Source: Dictyostelium discoideum
Lineage: Eukaryota
Direction of reading: 5' to 3'
Assembly: GCA_000004695.1 (NCBI GenBank)
Contig: CM000150.2
Coordinates: forward strand, 1,216,001-1,280,000
DNA: 64,000 nt
The notes below the pieces were generated by a model, which did not search any database, was not told the origin of the DNA, and saw only the letters and a list, made by a program, of their open reading frames with translations. Shown here piece after piece: positions 51,710 through 63,367 of the stretch (positions are counted from its first letter, which is position 1; every line of letters begins with the position of its first letter). Made by a program: the position numbers and the translations under genes.

Positions 51710-54700
51710 GTAATTTTATAGGAAAATCACCATCAACTATGAATTTTAATTTTTCTTCATTTAGTGATGTTCAAAATTTAACAATTAAATATATTGGTTC
51801 AGATCCAAATTGGACATATTATAATGATTTAACGTCAAGTAAAACAATGTCAAGTTGGACTATAGTATCTTCAAATGTCCCATCTTTTAATTTAATGAAA
51901 ATTAATTTTTTGTAAATATTTAAATTTATTTTTTTTTTTTCATATTTTTTATTTTTATATTTATTTATTTTTTTTTTTTTTATTTTTTTTTTTTTTTTTT
52001 ACTAATTTTTTTTATTTTTTTTATTTTTTTTATTTAGAAACATATTTTTAACAAAACAATATTCAGAAACAAGTAAAAATAATTATATAACATTTAAAGA
52101 TATTTCAATAGTTAAATTTGAATTATTTAATATTTCAAATTCATTTGAAATTCAATTCCCTGTTGAAATTTTTAATTTTGAAAGAAATTCTCAAGAAATG
52201 TAATTTTATTATTTTATTTTTACCATATAAATATGTATATATATTTAAAATTATTAATATTTTTAAAATTTTAGTGAATTTTCAATTCCATTTTCAAAAG
52301 TTCCAAATTTATTAGATTTTTCAACATTTACAAATAATAGTGGAATTAAAAAGTTAACATTATCAAATGCAGGTTTAAATTTTAATTTTAATTTAAAATT
52401 TCCATTTATAAATTTACAAAATTCATTTTCAAATATTAATCAATTGTAATTATAATTATTTATTATTATTTTTTTTATTATTTATTATTATTATTTATTT
52501 TTTAAATAATTTTATTAATTTTTTATTTTTAATAATTTACACAAAACAAAAAAGTTCATTTAATAATGGTAACTTTAATAATATACCAGATTTATCAATT
52601 TTTGGAATGTCAATTTCAATATTAGATTTATCAAATAATTTAATTAGTGATACACTTCCAGAATTTGAAAGAAGTAAAACAAATTTAAAACATATAAATT
52701 TAAGTAAAAATAATATTACTGGAATAATACCAAGTTCATGGTGTGAAATAGAAAATATTGATTTAACAAATAATAATTTAAATGGTGATTTACCATTATG
52801 TTTTTCTGTATGTATAATTTTTTTTTTTTTTTTTTTTATAATCATTTAAAAAAATGATAATTAACCACTACTTTTTTATTTTTGAAAATGAAAAACAGTG
52901 TTTTTATTCAATAAATTCAAATCAATTTATTAATAATCCAAATTTAATTGTACCAACAACAACAAATAAAATTAGTTATTGTAAAACTTCACCAAATTTG
53001 ATATTTAATAATAATGATAATTGTTTTTATTTTTTTGGATTAGATTTAGGTTCAAAAGTTTATTTTAAAACAAATCAAGATTTTATTTTTGCAAATGATT
53101 GGGAAATTATAATTCCAAATAAAAAATTTAAAAATTGTATTAATAATGAAACTGTATTAAATGACTTACCAACATTATTTGAATTTTATTATCCAAGTAA
53201 TGGTAATAATTTTACATTATCAACTGAAAGAAAGAATCCAATTATTACAGAAGTTCAAATTCCATCTAGTTCATTACCTGGAACTGTTATATTCATTGGT
53301 TCTTATTTTTCATACAATTCATCAATTATTAATATTTTAGTAAACGGGTATCAATGTTTAATAGAAGTTTCCAAATTTAATTATTTATTATGTAAAACTG
53401 ATATTGACGCAATAAATGAAAATAAATATATATTTTCAATTATAACAATTGAAACAATATCGTCAACACGGATTTCATTTATTCCAACTATTGAATCAAC
53501 TAAAATTATACAATGTAATGAATCATGTTTAGAAAATCAATTTTGTGCTAACGATATTGGGAAATGTAAATGTTTGGATGGCTATTTCGGTAGTACGTGT
53601 AATGGAATCGTACATTTTGTTTCAAGTGTTGATTCAGTTGATAGATTAGGTGGTATTGTTACATTGTATGGTGAATTTGGACCAGTTCATGATAATGCTT
53701 CTATTGAAATCGGTAATTTACTTTGTGAAATAATTGAAATTAATAATTATCAAGCTTTATGTAAATTAAATAGTTTTCCTGAAAATTCTTTAAAAATTCA
53801 ATTATTAAATTTCACACAAAATAATTTAATTTGGATATCAAATGAAATTTATCATATTCGTGAAACAATTTTAAATTGTCCAAATGATTGTAACCAATTT
53901 TCAGAATTAAAATCTGGTATATGTAATAAAACTATTGGTTTATGTAATTGTAATATTGGTTGGACAGGTTTTGATTGTAGTAGTAGTATTAATGTTAATT
54001 CAAATTCATCATCAATAAAACCAAATACAACAATAGATAATAATGGTACAACAACGATTTCTTTAGATTTTTTAAATTTTCAAATTTTAATTACAAAATT
54101 ATCTGAAATTAAATTTGATAATTCAATTTATAAAACTTTTAATCTTTTAAATAATTGGAATGTTTTAATTGATAATAATAATAATAATAATAATAATTTA
54201 TATAAATTTCAACAAATTATACCAGGTAATAGAGGTATTATTGAATTTACAATTGAAGAATCAACTAATGATAAAGAATATGAATTTATTGATACAAAAT
54301 ATAAACTTGAAAAAGGTTCAATTAAAATTTCAATTAATATTACAAATTACCAATTTAATAATCAATTAAATACATTACAATTGGAAATTGAAACAAAAAT
54401 AAATGATTATTATTATAATAATAATAGTAATTATAATAATTGTAATAGTAAAAAAGAATCATTAGAAACTTTTAATCAACAACAATTAAATTATATAATA
54501 ATTCAAAAAGATAAAAAACAATTATATGGTCGTTTTATTAATAGAATTTTATCAAATGGTAAACCAACTTTAATTGATACAAAATCAATTAAAAATTCTG
54601 ATAATACTTCAATTACTTTATTAATGTCAATACCACATTGTACAAAATCTTGTATTATTGATCCTGGTAAATATATTATTTTATTTTATTTTATTTTTTA

Positions 54701-55013
54701 ATTTATTATTATATTAATATTTTTTATTTTTTGAAAAAAAAAAAAATAAAAAAAAAAAAAATAAAAAAAAAAAAAAAAAAAAGATTTTTCAGCATTATTA
54801 TCAATTGATCATAAATCATCATGTAAAACTGATAGTGATGGAAATATTATAAATGAATCAGTTGATAAAGGAGTACCAAAAACAACAATAATTGCTGTTA
54901 TTATTTCAATTGTTGGCGTAGCAACCATATTTGGTATTGGTTTATTAATATATAGAAAGAAAAGAGTGGAAAATGAATTAGCTATAAAATTAAAAAATGC
55001 TCAAAAAAAATAA
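50897..55013 (+). CDS. Type-I membrane protein with a signal peptide, LRR repeats, IPT-like and EGF-like modules, a TM helix and a short cytoplasmic tail (paralogue of 37447..41146). CDS join(50897..50978, 51089..51278, 51370..51438, 51519..51587, 51711..51911, 52038..52199, 52275..52445, 52555..52807, 52899..54666, 54784..55013).
   Basis: The signal peptide is MKLIFIIILFIIFKVKPFLS. The first intron sits at the same site and phase as in the paralogue (…SE|C split T|GT, gtaaaa). The LRR exons are FSIPFSKVPNLLDFSTFTNNSGIKKLTLSNAGLNFN… and LDLSNNLISDTLPEF…LKHINLSKNNITGIIPSSW…IDLTNNNLNGDLPLCF. EGF-like modules are CNESCLENQFCANDIGKCKCLDGYFGSTC and CPNDCNQFSELKSGICNKTIGLCNCNIGWTGFDC. The last exon encodes TM IIAVIISIVGVATIFGIGLLIY plus the RKKRVENELAIKLKNAQKK tail. 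Junctions were derived by hand and several may be off by a few nt. Confidence 0.6.
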
Positions 55014-55526
55014 TTTTTTTTTTTTTTTTTTGTTGTTTTTTCAAAATATTATAATATAACCAAAATAATATAAAAAAGAATAATAAAAAATATCTTTCTA
55101 TAAAAAACAACAGGTTTTATTTTTATTTATATGGGGACACAAAAATAAACCACCCAAAAATACACAAAAAAAAAAAAAAAAGTTTTAAATCAAAAAAACA
55201 ATTACTTTTTTTTTTAAAATATTTTGACAGGATGTAAAAATTTAAGAATATTTTTATTTATTTTTTAAAATAGGACAATACCTAGCAGTTTTGTTTTTTT
55301 TTTTTTTTTTTTTAATATAAAAAAATTAAAAAAAAAAAAAAAAAAAAAAGTATAAATTTAAGGTTAAAAGTTAAACTTTTAAATTAAAAAAAAAAAAATA
55401 AGAGTTAAAACAAAAATAAAAAAATAAAATAAAAAAAAAAAATTAAAAAAAAAAATAAAATAAAATAAAATAAAATAAAATTAAAAATTATTTTATTAAT
55501 TTATAAGTTTTTATAATAAATTTAAA

Positions 55527-57446
55527 ATGAAATTAATATCAGTATTAATTACATTTTTATTAGCTACAGTGATTTATTCACAAAGTAAAAAAAATTTTAC
55601 AATTTGATTTTTATTAATTTTATAAACTAAATTTGAAACTAATTAGCCAAACAAATTTTTTTTTTTTTTTTTTTTTTTTTTATTTCTTTAATTTTTTTTT
55701 TAAAAAAATAAAATTAGCCAGTCCAGCAACTTTAAAATTTACTGTTCAAGTTTATGATCAATTCCCAGGTTTTAATAATAATTTTGAACCTGGATTAGGT
55801 AATGCTATTACCGGTTTAATTAAATCAACTTTAAATTCAACATCGCGTGTACCTGAATTGGTTTCAACAGAAGCTCGTATTGTTAAAAATATTAATGGTG
55901 GGATTATAAACCCATCATTATTCCCATACTTTTTCAGTCCACAACAAGATTCAAGTTTACCAGGTCAAAATTCACCATTAAGTCTTGATTTAATTTTCAC
56001 ATATGATACAACTAGAAAAATTTATGTTTATGATAATCAAAACTTTTTCCCAAGTAAGTAAATAAATTATAATAATTTTATTTTTTAAAAATTTTAATAT
56101 TGATTAAATTTTAATTTAATATTATAGTTGATAATCAAGGTTTTGATGTTGATCCAGCAAAAAGAATTTATTTAAATGAGAAAAAAACATATCATAATTA
56201 TCATTTTTGTATGAAAATGAATACTGTTTTTACTTATAAAGGTTATGAAGTATTTAATTTCCGAGGTGATGATGATGTTTGGTAAGTAATTATTTAAAAA
56301 AAAATATATTTTAAATAATTAATAATATTAACATGATTTTTATTTTATTTTTTATTATTTTAATTATTATTATTTTTTTTATTTTTTTTATTTTTAAAAA
56401 AAAAGGGTATTTATTAATAATAAATTAGTTATTGACCTTGGTGGTTTACATAGTCCAATTGGTACAAGTGTAGATACAATGACTTTAGGTTTAACAATTG
56501 GTAATTCTTATAATTTTGATCTATTCTTTTGTGAACGTCATACTGGTAAGTTTTATTATTTTTTATTTTTTTTTTAAAAAAAAGGTAATTTTATTTTATT
56601 TTATAAATATTTATAAAAATTATTTTTTTAGTTGGTAGCACAATTAAAATTGAAACCAATTTATTATTTTATTGTCCATTTAAAGATTATTGTGGAGTTT
56701 GTCAAGGTGATGGTAGTTCATGTTGTAATCCATTAACAACTTGTAATGATAATAATCAATGTACAATTGATTCATGTCCATCAGCAAATACAATTATTGG
56801 TCCAGGTTCAATCCCTAATTATTGTTTTCATACACCAAAAATTAATACAAATCCAATTGATATTTGTTTCAATTATCAATGTAATTCATCAACTGGTAAT
56901 TTCGATCCAATTCCAATTCCATGTCTTGATAGAAGTTCTGAATGTTTATCAACAATTGGTTGTAATTCTACTGTTGGTTGTCAATATGAAAGTATTTGTA
57001 ATTCAAATGTTTGTAATATTCAAAATCAATGCTCATCAAATGGTACTTGTGTTCCAAAATCATCAAATGACTGTGGAATTGAATTAGATGGTCAAGTTGA
57101 TAAATGTAAAATTTATTCATGTGATTCAAATGGAGGTGTTGGTTGTATTAAAGAAGATAAATGTAAACCAAGTAGTAATCCATGTATTTCAACTCAATGT
57201 AATGCTACTAACGGTCAATGTTATGAAACTCAAATTCCAGGTGATATTTGTGATTGTGGTTGTGGTATTCCAGAAAATAAATGTAAAGTATCATGGTGTA
57301 CACCAGAAGGTATTTGTCAACCAAAATTCAAATCTGAAATTGATGATAATAACTCTTGTACATTAGATTCATGCGATCCATGTACTGGTATTATCTCTCA
57401 TATGACCGCACCACAATGTTTAAGTTGTAATCAATGTTCAAATTAA
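55527..57446 (+). CDS. PA14-domain secreted protein with a C-terminal Cys-rich repeat region (PsiA-like family), copy 1. CDS join(55527..55584, 55718..56053, 56128..56281, 56406..56545, 56631..57446), about 500 aa.
   Basis: The signal peptide is [19 protein letters not shown]. The PA14 core spans three exons (…[29 protein letters not shown]|[20 protein letters not shown]…[21 protein letters not shown]|VGSTIKIE…). The last exon has about 40 Cys in CxxxC / CNxxNxC repeats (…[30 protein letters not shown]…CLSCNQCSN*). All donors are GTAAGT and all phases are consistent. The Cys-rich exon is absent from the ORF track because it contains no start codon. Confidence 0.7.
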
Positions 57447-57941
57447 TTTTTAAAAAATAAAATAAAAATGAGAAATAATTAAAATAATTAAAACAAATAA
57501 ACATTAAAATGATATTTAGGTTTTAAATTTAAATTCTAAAATCACTATTAATTCTAACAATTTTAATCATTTTTATTTTTTTAAATATTTTTAAAAATTA
57601 AAACCATAATTAATAATTATTTTTTTAATTAAATAATATTTAACAAGATGTGACAAGAATTGAAATTTTTGGCACAATTTGGTCAAGTCACTAATTAAAG
57701 TTACCCCATCATGATATTTTTTAGGTGAGATGTGGGGTGGGATTGAATTAAGGGTTGTAAGACAGTTTTTTTTTTTTTTTTAATTTGATGGTTTTTTTTT
57801 TTTTTAACTTAAACTTTTTTTTTTAAGTTGGGAAACCCATAAGTGGGAAAAAAAAAAATTAAGAAAAAAAATAAAAAAAAAAAAAAAAAATTGATAATAA
57901 TTAAATTATTTTAAATTGGTTTATTTAAAGCACAGTGATAG

Positions 57942-57974
<33 letters not shown>

Positions 57975-58008
57975 GATTATTTATATCAAACTAAATAATA
58001 TATATATA

Positions 58009-58884
58009 ATGAATAATAACTTATTATCAGTATTAATTACATTTTTATTATCTACAGTGATTTATTCACTAGGTATAATTTTACAATATTATTTTTTTAA
58101 AAAATTATTATTTTATAAACTATTTTTACTAATTTTTTTTTTTTTTTTTTTTTATTTTTTTTTTTTTTTTTTTTATAAAAAAAATTAGCTAATCCAGCAA
58201 CTATAACATATTCTGTTCAACTGTATGACCAATTCTCAGGCTATAACAATAATTTCCAAACTAATGTAACTGGGGCTAGAGTTACTGGTTTAGTTAAATC
58301 AACTTTAAATTCAACGACTCGTGTACCTGAATTAGTTTCAACATCAAATGGTGGTTTAAATGATGCAGGTCATATTTTGAATCCATCATTATTCCAATAC
58401 TTTTTCAGTCCACAAATAAATTCAAGTTTACCAGCTGAAAATAATCCTTATTCTTTTGATTTAGTTTTCACATATGATAAAAATAGAAATACATATGTTT
58501 ATAATAATGAAGATTTTTTCCCAAGTAAGTAAATAAATTTTAATTTTTAATAAAATACAAATTTAAAATATTAATAAAATAATATAGTTGATCGTAAAGG
58601 TTTTGATATTGACCCAGAAAAAAGAATTAATTTAAATGGTGCAACCTATCATAATTATCATTTTTGTATGAAAATTAATTCTGCTTTTACCTATCAAGGT
58701 TCAGAATATTTCAATTTCCAAACTGACCATGAAGTTTGGTAAGTAATTGTTTTAAAAAAAAAACTATAAAATTATAAAATCAATAATAAATAATATTTTA
58801 AGTGATAAATATTAATAATATAATTTTTTAATTATTTATTAATATTATAATTATAATTTTTATATTTTTATTTTTATTATTACT

Positions 58885-58929
<45 letters not shown>

Positions 58930-59386
58930 ATTTTAATAGGGCATTTATTAATAATAAATTAGTTATTGATCTTGGTGGTATACATGGTCCAATAGCTGAA
59001 AGAATTAATACAAAAACTTTAGGTTTAACTATTGGTCGTATATATAATTTTGATTTATTCTTTTGTAATCGTCAAACTGGTAAGTTATATTATTTAAAAA
59101 AAAAAATAAAAAAAAAAAAAAAAAATAATATAAAAAAAAATTTTTTTTGAATTGGATAAATAATGTAAAAAATAAATTAAACCATAATTTTTAATTTTTT
59201 TATTTGTATTTTTTTTAATTTTTACTATTTTTATAAAACTAATTTTACTATATAATTAATTTTTTTAAAAAAGTTGGTAGTAAACTTAAAATTGAAATAG
59301 ATATAACTTATTCATGTCCATTTAGAGATTTTTGTGGAGTTTGTTTAGGTGATGGTAGTTCTTGTGCAGGTGGAAGAATTAAATAA
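58009..59386 (+). CDS. PA14-domain protein, copy 2, truncated: it ends just after the PA14 domain and lacks the Cys-rich tail. CDS join(58009..58072, 58189..58524, 58588..58738, 58940..59079, 59274..59386), about 267 aa.
   Basis: The exon structure is the same as copy 1. The signal peptide is [22 protein letters not shown]. The last exon reads [37 protein letters not shown] and then diverges into unrelated, non-AT sequence. Sequence subtype B is shared with copy 4 ([29 protein letters not shown]). Confidence 0.6.
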
Positions 59387-59509
59387 AGTCTATTCCTGTA
59401 GATTCATAAAAGAAATTATTATCGGGGTTGGAAAGTTAGTAAAAATTTGAAAAAAAATTCTTTAAAGGGCTACGCCTTAGGAAATAGACCTAACAAGCCA
59501 CCAAAGATG

Positions 59510-59542
<33 letters not shown>

Positions 59543-59815
59543 AAATTTTTTAAAAAAATTGTGACAAGAATTGAACACTTGACTTTAATTTTATTGTAGG
59601 TTCGATTCTCAGATAAATGAAATCAATATCTATTTTAATTTTTTTTTTTTTTTTAAATAATAGCCCAATTGTTAGTTGCTTCTCCTTGAGATACTAGATC
59701 TCATTACAATATCCATTTTAATATTAATGATTAGTTTTTTTATTTAATTTTGTTTGAAACTTTAGTTTCAATAGAATTATTTTGTAGGTAATTTTAAAAA
59801 TAAAAAAAATATAAT

Positions 59816-59854
<39 letters not shown>

Positions 59855-60123
59855 TTTAAAAAATTAAATCAATTAGAAAATAATGGAATTTGAATTAAAA
59901 ATTAATAATGATAATTATAAAAATAATAAATAATGGACACTTTAAAAATTAAAAACATTATTTTTTGAAACCCAAAATTTTTTTTTTTTAATTTTAAAAA
60001 AAAAAAAAAAAAGATGGCAATGAAGTGTGATCACACCGTATTTCTCATTAAAAAAAAAGAATATTTTTAAAGTCGATAACAAATTATTTTTTTTTTTTTT
60101 TAATATACAAAATCTTAAATACC

Positions 60124-60221
60124 AAAAAAAAGGGCGATGTTTCATATAAAGTTTCCAGACGGTTTTTTTTTTATTAAAAAAAATCAAAAAAAATTAAATC
60201 ACGGCTTTTTTTAGATTTTTT

Positions 60222-60261
<40 letters not shown>

Positions 60262-60350
60262 TCGCCATGAATTATGATCAATATTGATGTTGGACGGTTT
60301 TTTTTTTTAAAAAAATCTAATACAAAATTAAATCACTTCTTTTTTTTTTT
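60124..60350. repeat. Two to three imperfect ~125-bp direct repeats containing gat(c/g)gc(c/a)atg … gacggttttttttt … aaattaaatcac(g/t)(g/t)ctttttt.
   Basis: Units lie at ~60124-60215 and ~60252-60350, with a weaker copy at ~60010-60090. They sit in the spacer between PA14 copy 2 and copy 3. Confidence 0.6.
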
Positions 60351-60790
60351 TTTTTTTTGTTTTTAATTTTTGTTTATTAAGTAATTTGAAAAAAAAAAAG
60401 AAATCGTTTTTTTTTTTTTAGTTTGAACATTGGGGTGTTTTAAAAAATAAGTGGAGATATTTAGAATTTGATAAAAAAAAATTAAAAATAACCAATGATT
60501 GTGAAAAAAAATAAAAAAAAAACTTTGTTTCCAAAGATAAAAAATTATTCTATTAAATTGATATATTATTTGAAAAAAAAAAAAGTAAAGGTTGAACATA
60601 CTGAAGATTTTTAAAAAAAAAAAAATTAAAATAAATAATTTTAAAGTTTTGATTGGTTAATTAAAATTAATTTTAATTATATTTTAAAAAAAAAAAAAAA
60701 ACTGTTAATTTAGTTTAGTATAAATAGTTTAGTAAAAAAAAAAAAAATTCAGTTTGTTTTAAAATAAAAAACTAAACAATAATATTTAAA

Positions 60791-61559
60791 ATGAAATTAT
60801 TATCAGTATTAATTACATTTTTATTAGCTACAGTGATTTATTCACAAAGTAAATAAAATAATATTGTTTTTTCAAATTATTTTTATAAAAACTAATATTA
60901 AAACTAATTTTTTATATTTTATTTTCTTTTTTTTTTCTTTTTTTTTAAAAATTAGCTAATCCAGCAACTTTAACATTTACTGTTCAAGTTTATGATCAAT
61001 TCCCAGGCTATAATAATAATTTCCAAACTAATGGTGCTGGTGCAAGAGTTACTGGTTTAATTAAATCAACTTTAAATTCAACAACTCGTGTACCTGAATT
61101 GGTTTCAACAGCTACTGGTGGTTTAAATGGAGTAGGTCTTATATTGAACCCATCATTATTCCCATACTTTTTCAGTCCACAACAAGATTCAAGTTTACCA
61201 GGTCAAAATTCACCATTAAGTCTTGATTTAGTTTTCACTTATGATACTACTAGAAATATTTATGTCTATAATAATCAAAACTTTTTCCCAAGTAAGTAAA
61301 TTAATAACAAATTTGTTTTTTTATAAAAAAAATAATATAAAATTTATATTAATATAAAATTACAATAAAATATAAAATTAAAATTAATAAAATAATATAG
61401 TTGATAATCAAGGTCTTGATGTTGATCCAGCAAAAAGAATTTATTTAAATGGTGCTACATATCATAATTATCATTTTTGTATGAAAATGAATACTGTTTT
61501 TACTTATAAAGGTTATGAAGTATTTAATTTCCAAGGTGATGATGATGTTTGGTAAGTAA

Positions 61560-61600
<41 letters not shown>

Positions 61601-62869
61601 AGTATTAATTTTTTATTTATTATTATAACTATTTTTAATTTTATTTTTTTATTTTAAAAGGGTATTTATTAATAACAAATTAGTTATTGATCTTGGTGGT
61701 GTACATGGTCCATTAGCTGCAAGTGTTGATGCAACAACATTAGGTTTAACAATTGGTAATTCTTATAATTTTGATTTATTCTTTTGTGAACGTCAAACTG
61801 GTAAGTTTTATTATTTTTTATTTTTTTTAAAAAAAAAAACCTATTAATTTATTTTATTAATTTTTTTATTTAATTTTTTTTTTTTTAAAAAAAAGTTGGT
61901 AGTACAATTAAAATTGAAACCAATTTATTATTTGTTTGTCCATTTGAAGATTATTGTGGAGTTTGTCAAGGTGATGGTAGTTCATGTTGTAATCCATTAA
62001 CAACTTGTAATGATAATAATCAATGTACAATTGATTCATGTCCACCAGCAAACACAACTATTGGTTCAGGTTCAATCTCTGATTATTGTATTCATACACC
62101 AAAAATTAATACAAATCCAATTGATATTTGTTTCAATTATCAATGTAATTCATCAACTGGTAATTTCGATCCAATTCCAATTCCATGTCTTGATAGAAGT
62201 TCTGAATGTTTATCAACAATTGGTTGTAATTCTACTGTTGGTTGTCAATATGAAAGTATTTGTAATTCAAATGTTTGTAATATTCAAAATCAATGTTCAT
62301 CAAATGGTACTTGTGTTCCAAAATCATCAAATGACTGTGGAATTGAATTAGATGGTCAAGTTGATAAATGTAAAATTTATTCATGTGATTCAAATGGAGG
62401 TGTTGGTTGTATTAAAGAAGATAAATGTAAACCAAGTGAAGATAAATGTCATGTCGTATCATGTGATTCATTAACTGGTTCATGTATTACAACTCCACTC
62501 GAAGATCCATTAGCTGGTTTACATTTATGTTCAATTGCACGTTGTAATTCATCAACTGGTGAATTTACATATGATCCAATTATTTGTACACCAAGTAGTA
62601 ATCCATGTATTTCAACTCAATGTAATGCTACTAACGGTCAATGTTATGAAACTCAAATTCCAGGTGATATTTGTGATTGTGGTTGTGGTATTCCAGAAAA
62701 TAAATGTAAAGTATCATGGTGTACACCAGAAGGTATTTGTCAACCAAAATTCAAATCTGAAATTGATGATAATAACTCTTGTACATTAGATTCATGCGAT
62801 CCATGTACTGGTATTATCTCTCATATGACCGCACCACAATGTTTAAGTTGTAATCAATGTTCAAATTAA
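60791..62869 (+). CDS. PA14-domain secreted protein with a Cys-rich tail, copy 3 (subtype A, like copy 1), about 550 aa. CDS join(60791..60848, 60955..61291, 61400..61551, 61661..61800, 61896..62869).
   Basis: It is about 90% identical to copy 1 at the nucleotide level across exons, introns and the 3' flank. It is about 50 aa longer, through an extra Cys-repeat block (…[53 protein letters not shown]…). Confidence 0.7.
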
Positions 62870-63367
62870 TATTTTAAAAAAAAATAAATAAAAATAAGAA
62901 ATTATTAAAATAATTAAAACAAATAAAAATTAAAATGATATTTGAATTTGAAATTTAATTTTTAATTTCATAATTTAATTTACTAATTATTTTTTACAAT
63001 TTTAATTATTTTTATTTTTTTAATAATTTTAAATATTTATTAATTAAAAAAAATTTAACAAGATGTGACAAGAATTGAAATTTTTGTTCACTTGGGACAA
63101 TTTGTTCAAGTCACTAATTAAAGTTACCTCATCATGACCTTTTTTGTGTGAGATGTGGGGAGGGGTTGAATTATGGGTTGTAAGATATTTATTTTTTTTT
63201 TTTTAACTTGATGTTTTTTTAAACTAAATTTTGGAAATCCATATGTAAGAAAAAAAAATAATAATTAAATTTATTTAGTATAGAAAAATTTTATTTTAAA
63301 TTGATTTATTTAAAGCAAAAAAAAAAAAAAAAAAAAAAAATTAAATTTATTTATATTAAACTAAATA

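Noticed and set aside
56746-57366. ORFs 56746..57087, 57088..57366 (and 62010..62351, 62535..62789) in the PA14 gene tails.
   Set aside because: They are out of frame relative to the spliced upstream exons. The true frame is the Cys-rich one, which lacks start codons.
59560-59625. tRNA gene suggested by GGTTCGATTCTC (B-box-like) and gaattgaac motifs.
   Set aside because: I could not assemble a complete cloverleaf (acceptor/T-stem pairing fails) on either strand. I kept it only as a possible tRNA-related remnant in the findings.
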